A stretch of DNA of 64,000 nt. It comes from Octopus sinensis (lineage: Eukaryota). A program made the position numbers and the translations under genes. The notes under the pieces are model-generated. The model was not told the DNA's origin, made no database searches, and saw only the letters and a program-made list of their open reading frames with translations. This document shows positions 11,871 through 23,416 of the stretch, in pieces. How positions within the stretch are numbered: the stretch's first letter is position 1; the number at the start of each line of letters is the position of its first letter. The stretch lies in the NCBI RefSeq assembly GCF_006345805.1, contig NC_042998.1, positions 24,614,001 through 24,678,000 of the forward strand, in the 5' to 3' direction.

Positions 11871-12263
11871 GGCGCAGGAGTGGCTGTGTGGTAAGTTGCT
11901 TGCTTACCAACCACATGGTTCCGGGCAAGTGTCTTTTACTATAGCCTCAGGCCACTCTTGTGAGTGGATTTGGTAGATGGAAACTGAAAGAAGCCTGTCA
12001 TATATATGTATATATATGTGTGTGTGTGTATGTGTGTGTGTGTGTTTGTGTGTTTGTGTGTCTGTGTTTGTGCCCCCCAACATTGCTGATGCTGGTGTGT
12101 TTACGTGCCCGTATCTTAGCAGTTCGGCAAAAGAGACTGATAGAATAAGTACTAGGCTTACCAAGAATAAGTCCTGGGATCGATTTGCTCGACTAAAGGC
12201 AGTGCTCCAGCATGGCCGCAGTCACATGACTGAAAACAAATAAAAGTGTAAAAGAGTAAAGAG
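11871..12263 (+). mobile_element. SINE family A, with a small internal deletion in the head
   Basis: Runs from ggcgcaggagtggctgtgtgg to the (aaagagt)n tail. Confidence 0.9.
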
Positions 12264-13292
12264 CTGAAAAAAAAAGTATTAAAATCATTGACAACAAAGA
12301 GACAAGAAGTGTAACTCATCAAAAACGACTCAATAAACTCGTCAAGATCTAACGATCAGAAGCAACATTATTATAGAGCTTTATAGCTTGAGTACTCACT
12401 CAAAATTTACGACTTTATTTCTCTTGCCCACTTCCTAATATGGAGTCAAGCAAAAGGAAACCCGAACACACTAAATTGGCTGCACTATTTTCTCTCTACT
12501 GGTTGTTATTTAAACTGCTATCAGATACTTAGTTTCTCTATCAATACATTTAATTTCCTAGTGAGGCCATTAAAACACAATCAATTTCCTGTTGTGAATA
12601 TCAAAACATATTCAGTTTCCTAGTCAGAGCATTTAATTTATTCATTCTTGATTTCACATCCATTTCTCCATACTGATAATGGATGCATGGAGTTTCCTTC
12701 TGATATTATCTTGTAGTTATTATCCTAACAATTTACATTTCTAGTCAGCTGAAACCTTAGGACATATTTTAGTTCCTATTAAAATTATCTATATACATTT
12801 CTCTTTCTACTGATAAGGTTAAAACAGTTGTTTCCCTAATTATAAAAAGCTGATCATAATCAATTTCCTGTCAGAAAGAAAGCGCTGCATGAAAATACTA
12901 AAAGATATTTAAATTCTTATTGAAAAAATATTGAAACTACCAGATGCTGTAATGTGAAATCGGTTGATAATATTTTTGTTTGTTTTTATTTAGTCATTAG
13001 TGCATTCTACTAATGATCATAATCAGATTTCCTATGGAAACATTAAAAAAAAAAAATCTATTTAGGTTCCATATTTTAATGTTTACTATCATTTATGCAA
13101 GATAGCATCATTGTGTTGGTATGCCATATTAACCCTTGCCAAGCTTTTACATTCGAAATTAATCATTCATTAGTAATTTTAAAGTTAAGGTTCTCTTATG
13201 AATATGCACAGCAAATTAACTAACAGTTAGGTCCCGGATAGATTATAGGTTTGTCCAGAAACTCATTGGGAAACATATTTCATTTATTAAAA

Positions 13293-13691
13293 ACTAGTAG
13301 TATAGCCCAGCGTTGCTCGGGCTTGTTTTCTTTTCGACCCTTGAGAATTGGAATTTTTGAAAAGTAAAAATTTTGCATTATGTAGCTTGATTTTCTCTTT
13401 AAGTGAACATTTTTCTGGTTGAAATACGCCGAAAAATAATGACACAGCTGTAAAAAAATCGTAAAAATAGGGATTTTCATAGAAAAAAAGCACCTTTTTG
13501 ATGTAAATAATTTTTGGTGTTAACATTGTCCGATTTGAACCTTTTCTTCTACGGAAGGAAGAGCAAGCCTTCTTCTATCATACTTTCAATTTTGGTCAAC
13601 TTGCGCTGCAGGGTCTCAGAGGAGATAGTGTTAGTTGAAGGCTATCAAACCTGCCATACACGGACAACTTCAGCTTTATATATATAGAGAT
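13293..13691 (+). mobile_element. Non-autonomous Helentron/HINE-like element
   Basis: 5' actag...gcccagcgttgctcgggc hairpin and 3' cttcagctttatatatatagagat end, in an AA/TT context, which are typical HINE termini. Confidence 0.6.
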
Positions 13692-13857
13692 TAACAATGT
13701 AACACACTTGATGTGTTCTACTAGATTTAGAGAGTGTGGTTTAACAGGAATTTTACTGTTATTTCCAACGATGTGTTTTATATTTTTGTACATGTTAAAC
13801 AAGGTAAAGTACAACAATAATTTCTGGTATTAGATATAACATTTTCTTTTATTTTTT

Positions 13858-14165
13858 CTTTTATTTGTTTCAGTCATTAGACTGTGGCCATACTGGGGCA
13901 CTGCCTTGAAGAATTTTTATTCGAATGCATCAACCACAGTACTTTTTCTTATAAAAGGCATGGTAATTATTCTATAAGTCTTTTTTGCTGAACCAATATT
14001 GCAAACACACCAACACTGGTTGCCAAGTAGTAGTAGTAGTAGTGGTGTTGGTGGTGGTGGGGATAAACACAGACACAAAGACACACACATATACATACAT
14101 ATATAGGATGGACCTCTTTCGGTCTTCATCTACGTAAATCCACTCACAACACTTTGATCAACATG
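13858..14165 (-). mobile_element. SINE family A, diverged 3' portion
   Basis: cagtcattagactgtggcc tail and ccaacactggttgccaag body. Confidence 0.75.
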
Positions 14166-14262
14166 ACGCTATAGTACAACACACAGCCCGGTCCCAGAAT
14201 CGAACTCACAACCTCACGATCTTAAGCTCTATGCTCTAACCACTAAGTTATGAACCTTCACA
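14165..14262 (-). mobile_element. tRNA-like SINE head (family D-like)
   Basis: gaatcgaactcacaacctcacgatc...aaccact, similar to 34960-35025. Confidence 0.6.
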
Positions 14263-14924
14263 CTGGAGCTAAAAAGCAAATATAAAATAAAATGAAATAA
14301 AATTAAATAAATAGCTCTGGGGTTAAGAATGTTAAGAATCTGGTGTAGATTCCATCAACTGCACCATTTCACTTGGAAGCATTGATTGAATGCCATCAAA
14401 AGAAACTAATTATACAATGATATGTCATGCTCCAGTATTGTACTGCCGTTCCATTCACCAAACCATTTAGCATTCCTGTAATGTTTATGTAGTAAACTTC
14501 CTAAATAATGGCTCCTTGGGGGTTTGTGATGTTGTCATTGTGAACTTTCCATTATCGAGGAAGTTTTATTTTTAATGCATTTATTATGTAAGAAGTTGGA
14601 ACCCGCTCTCTCCCTCTAGCTGTCATGTTTCGGATGTTCTTTTGAGTGAAGGGTGGGAGGATTAAAAGTGTGTTTGTGTATTTGAGTTTGCCATGACTAC
14701 ATGAGCACTTAAAAAAAATAATTTGAGAGAAATTCATTGTGCACGTTGCTACCAAATCATATTCGATTAGGAGTGATGGCCATATTATAAAAAAGATACT
14801 GTGAATAATAGGAGATACGATATAATGAATGCTATTTAATTAGCAGAAATAAGCAATTATGGCAAACCAAAAACATTTGAAAATGAATGAAGGAAAAAAG
14901 AAAGTGTAATAAATAGCAGAAATA

Positions 14925-15240
14925 GGACTTATTCTTTGTAAGCCTAGTACTTATTCCATCGGTCTTTTTTGCCGAACCGCTAAGTTACGGGGACATAAAC
15001 ACACCAACACTGGCTGTCAAGCAACGCTGGGGGGACAAACACACATACACAAACATATACACACACACATACATATATACATAATGGGCTTGTTTCAGTT
15101 TCATCTACCAAATCCACTCACAAGGCTTCGGTTGGCCCAAGGATATAGTAGAAGACACTTGCCTAAGGTGGCACGCAGTGGGACTGAACCCAGAACCATG
15201 TGGTTGGTAAGCAGCTACTTACCACACAGCCACTCCTGCG
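14925..15240 (-). mobile_element. SINE family A, lacking the 3' tail
   Basis: Matches the consensus from the head to aggacttattctttg. Confidence 0.88.
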
Positions 15241-15799
15241 ACTATACAACAATTTTTGAAAGTTCTGTTAACTTGGGTTTCATATTTATTTTGGATACTA
15301 TTATTTTGGATGTTTTTTGTAAAATATTAACTATATTTGCAGAAACATTAAAACAGCTCTCAAGAATTATTTACATCATTTTCCATTGTTGTTGTTGTTG
15401 TTGTTGTTGCTGCTGTTGTTGTTTAGTTAGAGATTACCCCCTCCCCATACTTTTGAGATATTCCAGCCACAAGCATTGCATCTTTGACTGAGGCAAAGAA
15501 TATCAAAAAACACCATGAACTGGGTGATCTTGCATATCACGTTCACTTTCCCAAACTTTAGCTGGTATCACTTTGATTTGTAGCTGTGAAAGATTATTAT
15601 TATTGTTGTTATTGTTGTTGTTGTTGTTGTCATATCATAAAAACTCTCATCTTTATTTTGCTGGGTATGATTGGAAGTGTCAGCTGCCGAGAGCCAGCAG
15701 ACTAAGGTGACACTTGTTTACTGATCATGCTTCAAGAACCCTGCAGAGAATGCTTGCATTTCCATGCAAAGATGATTCTTATTTTATTTTATTTTTTTA

Positions 15800-16372
15800 T
15801 TGCTCACAAGGGGACAAACAAAGACAGACAAACGGATTAAGTCGATAACATCGACCCCAGTGCATAACTGGTACTTAATTTATCGACCCCGTAAAGATGA
15901 AAGGGAAAGTCGACTTCGGCGGAATTTGAACTCACAACGTAAGGGCAGACGAAATACCTATTTCTTTACTAGCCACAAGGGGCTAAACACAGAGAGGACA
16001 AACAAGGATGGACAAAGGGATTACATCGATTACATCGACCCCAGTGCATAACTGGTACTTAATTTATCGACCTTGTAAGGATGAAAGGGAAAGTCGACTT
16101 CGGCGGAATTTGAACTCACAACGTAAGGGCAGACGAAATACCTATTTCTTTACTAGCCATAAGGGGCTAAACAGAGAGGACAAACAAAGACAGACAAATG
16201 GATTAAGTCGATAACATCGACCCCAGTGTGTAACTGGTACTTATTTAATCGACCCCATAAGGATGAAAGGCAAAGCCGACCTCGGCGGAATTTGAACTCA
16301 GAACGTAACGGCAGACGAAATACAGCTACATATTTCGCCCGGCGTGCTAACATTTCTGCCAGCTTGCCACTA
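15800..16372 (-). mobile_element. SINE family B tandem array (one head + three ~183-bp body units)
   Basis: gaaata anchors at 15951, 16135 and 16317 (periods 184 and 182 bp). Confidence 0.9.
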
Positions 16373-16749
16373 CTAAACCACATGCCTTCACTACGCTTAC
16401 CTATCTGTCGTCTAAATGGACTAAGGTATTCGGCCAGTATTTATTTTATTAACTCTGGAAAGGGGGAAGGCAAGGATTTGCACTCAGAAAGCAAAGGGCT
16501 GGAGTTAAATACCAGAAGACATTATGTCTGATACTTTAATGATTCTGCAAAAATCTCCACCTTAAGTGTTTACAAGAAAAAACTTCATTTCATGGCATTT
16601 CCTGTTTCCCTTCTTGAACAAGACATGTCAGTAATTCCTAACTTTTAGAATTCACTTCTGCAGAAAATCATCCAGTTATTCTGTTCTGATCTCTAGAGGG
16701 CATCCCATTTCATTCAACTAAGACTTCCCATAATTGCACAGAATATATA

Positions 16750-16773
16750 GCCATACATACATACACATATACA

Positions 16774-16819
<46 letters not shown>

Positions 16820-16866
16820 GATGTATAATTGTATGTATATATATACATATAGATAGATACATAAAT

Positions 16867-16933
<67 letters not shown>

Positions 16934-17140
16934 TATGATATTATGAGTGTATATATATATATATATTATAATATATATATATATGTGTGTATATATGTAT
17001 ATATGTATGTATGTATATATAAACAGGTAGGTAGTTAGACAGATATACACATATGTATGTATATGTGCATGTATATATGTATATATATGCATATATGTAT
17101 ATGCATATGAATATACACCATTATATATGTTCATATATAC

Positions 17141-17174
<34 letters not shown>

Positions 17175-17345
17175 TGAGAGAGAGAGAGAGAAAGAGAGAG
17201 ATACATAAACACACTCATACACACATATATGTACATACATACATATATATATACACATAAGTATATGTTTGCATGTATGTGCGTGTATGTGTGTCTGTGT
17301 GTCTGTGTCTGTGCATGTACACAAATGCACCTGTGTGTGTGTGTC
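16750..17345. repeat. Compound (TA)n/(CA)n/(GA)n microsatellite
   Basis: Seen directly in the sequence. Confidence 0.95.
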
Positions 17346-18009
17346 TATGCATGCAATTCTATTGGAGAGATTTTAATTAGGTGAGAAAGCTTCAGAGATT
17401 ACTTTTGAAAACTGTGTTGATGTGCTGTTATTACAGGTAGATTGTTTATGTTTTCTCATCCAGAGCATTTATATTTATTAGTTTGGTCTGGAAGAAGGAC
17501 CTGCAACCGTATCCTTCACGGGGTCTTCCGAGACCAGTCAGATCGACACAATTAATGTTCCTCATGAATAGCTGGAAATTACAAGTTGACAGCTACAGGG
17601 AAAAAAACATTGGCATGAAGGGAATTTCAAAAAAGCTGATGTTTTTGGAAAGGGAGAACTTGGTGTAGGGGTTAATTCAGAGCCTGAAGGAGGAGAGGAA
17701 GGAGGTTTGGACACAATACAGTAAAATCATAATAGGTTTAGATTTTTTTCTTTTTTTTTTGCATGTAATTTGTTAAAGCTTTTAGAGGGTGGATACCTGT
17801 TGTAGTTAAATCCTAAATTTGCTCTGATTAATCAAGTAGAACTATTATCAGGGGCATTCCACACATGAGGCTAAAACTATGCTGGTTCTGCGGTATGATC
17901 TTAGTTGTGATGGTTATAACAGAGTCAAGGACTAAGGAATAGATCTTTGATTTTTTCTTCAGGAGTTATGCATCCAAGACTACATTCGTCAAAGTAATTT
18001 CCGTTTTTT

Positions 18010-18445
18010 ATTGAGCGTGATCATCACCAGTGTCACCTTACTGGCACTCGAGCTCCGTGCTTGTAGGTATTAAGAGCACCATCCGAGCGTGGTCATTGCC
18101 AGAGCAGCTATCTGGCCTCCATGCTGGTGGCATGTAAAAGGCACCATTCGAGCATGATCGTTACCAGCATCGCCTTACTGGCACCTGTGCCGGTGGCATG
18201 TGTAAAAGATTCGAGTGAGGTCGTTGCCAGTACTGCCTGACTGACCCCATGCCGGTGGCACGTAAAAGCACCCACTACACTGTCGGAGTGGTTGGCGTTA
18301 GGAAGGGCATCCAGCTGTAGAAACTCTGCCAGATCAAAATTTAAGCCTGGTGCAGCCATCTGGTTCGCCAGCCCTCAGTCATTCATCCAACCCATGCTAG
18401 CATGGAAAACAGACGTTAAACAATGATGATGATGATGATGATTGA
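18010..18445 (+). mobile_element. Orphan RTE 3'-UTR/tail copy
   Basis: Subrepeats, ggagtggttggcgttaggaagggcatcc, and a (gat)n end. Confidence 0.85.
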
Positions 18446-19410
18446 GAGAGATTCGGTGTTACATTTAGCAGAATGAGTTATAATGTAGAAGTGCCTTCTG
18501 TAAATGCTTGCTTCATAGAATGTTTCATTTAAATCTACCTTTCTTGATTCCTCTATAGTTTTCTCAGTGGACACATATTTTAACTGCTGTTGTAGACATT
18601 CAATGCCTTTATCTAACCACAACCAAAACGTAGAAATAATTATTTTATTTAGCTTCATTTAATTTTCGACCCCTTTTTTTTATTTGTCTCTGCTCAGGTT
18701 TTGTTTTCTAGTCTATCTGTAATTTTAAAAGAAATCTGAAGCTTTTAAGCAAAATCCTTTACAAATATGTGAGGTATATTTGCCATCTCAATATGGCTAA
18801 CCACTAAGGGTGGGTGTTATTGTAGCTTGTAGCCCCAGGAGAACATCTCCTCCAGCTGGCTTTAGGCACACTTTCTGTGCCCTGTCGGTATTTGCAAAGG
18901 GAGGTCATCCTTCTCTCGTAGCCTAAGTGATACGCACGGACTGCAGTTTCTGGGTCTTGGCCTGTCATCAGCGTGCGACAATCACCGGTTTTCAATGAAA
19001 GGAGTTCCCAATGCAAATATTAATATCCTTTTTCCAGTAACTATTCGTCACTGATCTCGAAAAAGTGATTCCTTTACAAATAGTTGTAGGGATAAAAATA
19101 TGAAAATAATTTTTAATATCATTTTTTAATAACTTCTACAGAAAAATTAAAGCTGTTAGAAGCAGGGTTTGGAGAACTTTTTTAACCAATTCCCCCAAAA
19201 TATATTTATTTGCACCAACATTACCCTCTTGATTTGAAAGGAAGAAAATCATAGATTCTTTGAATTCAAAAGGTTTATTGTATCCATTTTATTGAATCTA
19301 TTTATATTAATCTATTTGCACATTCATTACATTGAACAGAAGCAGTGTTGCCAGAAGAAAAATTTCTATGTAAACAAGGAACACGCTTTTTTAAATATAA
19401 TTTTACTTGT

Positions 19411-19875
19411 AGAGGTGCAATGGCCCAGCGGTTAAGGTAGCGAACTCGTGGTTGTAGGATCGTGGTTTCGATTCCCAGACCAGGCATTGTCAGTGTTTAT
19501 CGAGCGTAAATACCTAAAGCTCCATGAGGCTCTGACAGGGGTGGGTGGGTGAAACCTGCTGTACTCTTTCACCACAACTTTCTCTCAATCTTTCTTCCTG
19601 TTTCTGTTGTACCTGTATTTCAAAGGGCCAGCCTTGTCACACTCTGTGTCATGCTGAATCTCCCCAAGAACTATGTTAAGGTTACACTCGTCTGTGGAGT
19701 GCTCAGCCACTTGCACATTAATAAATGAGCTGCAATGTCATTGGTGCCAAGCTGTATCGGTCTTTGCCTTTCCCTTGGATAAAATCAGTGGCGTAGAGAG
19801 GAGAGGCTGGTATGCATGGATGACTGCTGGTCTTCCATAAACAGCCTTGCCCAGACTTGTGCCTGGGAGGGTAAC
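19411..19875 (+). mobile_element. SINE family C (tRNA head) with body 1 and a tail shared with family D
   Basis: Head with A-box tggcccagcgg and B-box gtttcgattcc; body shared with 56791-57167; 3' part shared with 34683-34860. Confidence 0.8.
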
Positions 19876-20235
19876 ACCATTTCAACCAGGTGAACTGAAG
19901 GGGATCACAACTTATGTCTAATGTGTTCTCATTACTTCCAAGAATTTCACTTTTACCCCACTTGGGGTAATTTATCCTAGCTTGCTGAACCCTGTGTTAA
20001 AATGAAAGCTCTGTTGGCCTATCTCTTGAAGGGTGGACCTTTTGTCACCTATCTCTGTTGAACTACACTGCCTTGGTTACAATTAATTTTGAAAAGGATA
20101 AACAAAATTATTAAAACAACTTAACCAATATTAAGTCAGAGTTTGGAACATAGGTTAACATGAAATTTTGGTAGAAAGTTTTAATTTCAGTCAAATGACT
20201 GAAATGAATAAAAAAAAATTATTACTCATATACAT

Positions 20236-20271
<36 letters not shown>

Positions 20272-20447
20272 CCATTAGGCTTCCACACAGTTTCCATCTT
20301 CCAAGTTCACTCATGAGTCATTGGTCAGCCTGGAGCTGCACAGTGGGACTGAACCTGAAATCATGTGGTTACAAAGTAGGCATCTTAACCACACATGCAT
20401 GTCTGCACCTATAGCAATGCCTGCATTTGTATAATAAGTATTATTAT

Positions 20448-20715
20448 TATTCTGTTGTGTCTAGGGAGAGTCATTTTCTTTTTGTGCCTTATAATGTAAC
20501 ACACTCACCAGTAAAATTTCCACTTATTTCTTATTCTTATTTTCCTAAAATTCTCGTTGCATCTTGCAACCTTTTCAATGGTCTTCAATAGTCTTGCAAG
20601 ACGCAACGAAAATTTTAGGAAAAAGGAAAAAAGAAATAAGTGGAAATTTTACTGGTGAGTGTGTTACATTATAAGGCACAAAAAGAAAATGACTCTCTCC
20701 AGACACAACAGAATA
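20448..20715. mobile_element. Foldback/MITE with ~120-bp inverted arms, a ~24-bp spacer and TA flanks
   Basis: tattctgttgtgtct...catcttgcaa / ttgcaagacg...agacacaacagaata. Confidence 0.85.
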
Positions 20716-20785
20716 TGCTTCAACAAACTCATATAAAGAATCTGTCAAACCAAATCCAAAAACAGAACATTATTATTATGACACT

Positions 20786-23416
20786 CTACTGCAGACTACC
20801 TCGTTGACGAATGACAGAGACCTTATCTTTGTGGCTGGTGACTTCAATGGTCACGTTGGACGACATGCTGGGGGCTTCCATGGCGTACATGGAGGCTATG
20901 GCTATGGCTCCCGCAACGAGGAGGGAACCAGGCTGCTGGAGTTCTGCGATGCAAATAATCTTATGATTTGCAACACTAACTTCAGGAAACCTACCAGCCA
21001 CCTAGTCACTTACCAATCGGGCCAACATACCAGACAAATTGACTACATCTTTACAAGGCAAAGGGAGAGATGGCTGCTTATAAATGCCAAAACCTTCCCA
21101 GGTGAAGAATGTACCCCACAACATAGACTGGTAGTTAGTGACTTTAGGATCAGGACTAGGAGGACAACCAGAAGACGACAAATATGGAGAAGAAGGATCT
21201 GGAAGCTTAAAGATCCTGCAAATGGACAGAGATTTAGGGACATATTACTTGAAGCCTCTGACGAAGTAGAAGGGGATAGAGCATCACAGGGGGTAGAAGA
21301 CAGCTGGACGTTTCTAAGGGACAACCTGCTGAGAGCCACTGACCAGATCTGTGGCTGGTGCAAAGTCCCCTCTCGACCTAGAATAACGTGGTGGTGGAAC
21401 AATATTGTAGACAGGGCTATTAGAGAAAAGAGACAGGCTTGGAAGGTCTGGAAAAATGGGGGTAGCATGGGGATTGTATCAGACTGCCAAAAGAGAAGCT
21501 AGGAGACAGGTTTATTTAGCCAGAGGGGAAGCAGATAAGAAAAATTTGCCAATGTTCTGCGCCGTGAGGACCAAAGACTGGAGGTGTTTCGTGTTGCAAG
21601 ACAGTGTGTGAGAGAGAATCGTGATGTGGTAGGAGAGGTGTGTTCGCATGGAGATGGTTCACTTGCGCTAAATGAGGATGCAAAGAGAGAGGTTTGGAGA
21701 TGCCACTATGAAAGGTTGCTGAATGAAGAAAATGAATGGGATAAAGAGAGTCTGCCCGAATGTTGACCCAACAGAGGGACCAGCTATCCGAGTTGATAGT
21801 TCCATGGTAGCTAAGGCAATTAGAGCATGAAGACAGGGAAAGCCCCAGGCCCATCAGGATCACTGCAGAGATGCTCAAAATGTCTGGTAGTGTCGGCTAT
21901 AGCCTAGTCACCCGTATAGTTAATCAGGTGATACACAAGGGGTCATACCCAATGACTGGTGTAGCAGTATAATAGTCAACTGCTACAAAGGTAAAGGTGA
22001 TGCCCTAGATACAAATAACTACAGAGGTATCAAGCTGTTGGACCAGGTGATGAAGGTTACGGAGAGGGTCATAGCCCAACTAATTAGAGAGAGAGTTAGT
22101 TTAGATGAGATGCAGTTTGGGTTTGTGCCAGGGAAAAGTACCACTGATGCTATATTCCTGGTAAGGCAGCTGCAGGAGAAATACCTAGCCAAAGATAAGC
22201 CCCTGTACCTGGCTTTTGTTGACATGGAGAAAGCCTTCGACAGGGTCCCCCGATCCCTTATCTGGTGGGCAATGAGGAAACTAGGGATAGATGAATGGTT
22301 AGTGAGAGCTGTGCGGGGCCATGTACAGGGACGCCGCTCGTAGGGTGAGGTTGGAAATGTGTACAGTGAAGAATTCCGGGTAGAGGTAGGAGTCACCAAG
22401 GCTCAGTACTCAGCACCCTCCTATTTATCATAGTCCTCCAGGCAATAACGGAGGAATTCAAGTCAGGATGCCCTTGGGAGCTCCTCTATGCTGATGACCT
22501 TGCTCTAATTGCTGAGTCGCTATCAGAACTGGAGGAGAAGTTTCAGGTGTGGAAACAAGGATTAGAATCGAGGGGCCTCAGAGTCAATCTAGCTAAAACC
22601 AAAGTCGTAATCAGTAGGAAGGTAGACAAATCACAAACAAACACCTCAGGTAGATGGCCCTGCTCGATCTGTAGAAAAGGTGTAGGTAGAAATTCTATAA
22701 GATGCACCAAGTGTAAGCTATGGACACATAAGAGATGCAGCAATGTCAAAGGAAGGCTAACTAGGAAGATGGTTTTTGTATGTGGCAGATGCTCAGGAAC
22801 AATAAACACTGAAAATGCTCTGAGACCAACTTCCGTCACTTTCCAGGGAGAAAAACTAGAAATAGTTGATAGTTTCCGTTACCTAGGTGACCAAGTCAGC
22901 AGCGGGGCGGGTGTGCTGAAAGTGTAACTGCTAGAGTAAGAATAGCTTGGGCAAAGTTCAGAGAGCTCTTACCTCTCGCTGGTGACAAAAGGCCTCTCGC
23001 ACAGAGTGAAAGGCAGACTGTATGATGCGTGTGTACGAACAGCCATGCTACATGGCAGTGAAACATGGGCTGTGACTGCTGAGGATATGCGTAAGCTCGC
23101 TAGAATGAAGCCAGTATGCTCCGATGGATGTGTAATGCCGGTACTCACACTCGGCAGATTGTAAGTACCTTGAGAGAAAAGCTGGACCTAAGAAGCATCA
23201 GTTGTGGTGTGCAAGAGAGACGTTTGCGCTGGTATGGTCATGTGGCGAGAATGGATGAAGATAGTTGTGTGAAAAAGTGCCACACCCTAGCGGTTGAGGG
23301 AACCTGTGGAAGAGGCAGACCCAGGAAAACCTGGGACGAGGTGGTGAAGCACGACCTTCGAACTTTAGGTCTCCTCTGGAAGTGTGCTGTGCGCGAGAAG
23401 ACCCGGCAGGACAAGT
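20786..23416 (+). pseudogene. RTE ORF (endonuclease, RT, PHD-like finger), split by roughly ten or more small indels
   Basis: Consecutive ORF-track segments in changing frames join into one RTE polyprotein ending at LWKCAVREKTRQDK*. Confidence 0.9.

Noticed and set aside
14330-14760. Minus-strand NGLVNGT resembling a PIF1/Helitron helicase motif
   Set aside because: A single short motif; the flanking helicase motifs are absent.
15084-15491. Recurring ORFs like FHLPNPLTR...GYSRRHLPKV...EPRTMW across the window
   Set aside because: Fortuitous translation of SINE family A; no coding evidence.
15800-16372. CRISPR-like or satellite interpretation of regularly repeated units (also 31755-31905)
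   Set aside because: There are no unique spacers; the units are SINE bodies or plain tandem repeats in a eukaryotic genome.
16710-17330. Many overlapping YI/CV/HT-rich ORFs (also 34927-35666, 43533-45577, 45997-46393, 61087-61521, 63048-63456)
   Set aside because: Microsatellite artefacts.
17470-17990. GC-richer segments that might be exons or LINE ORF1 relics (also 18805-19015, 24050-24410)
   Set aside because: Stops in all frames and no diagnostic motif; probably old repeats, but unassignable by eye.
19411-19490. tRNA gene calls for SINE heads (families A-D)
   Set aside because: A/B boxes are present, but the heads continue into SINE bodies and I could not fold a full cloverleaf.
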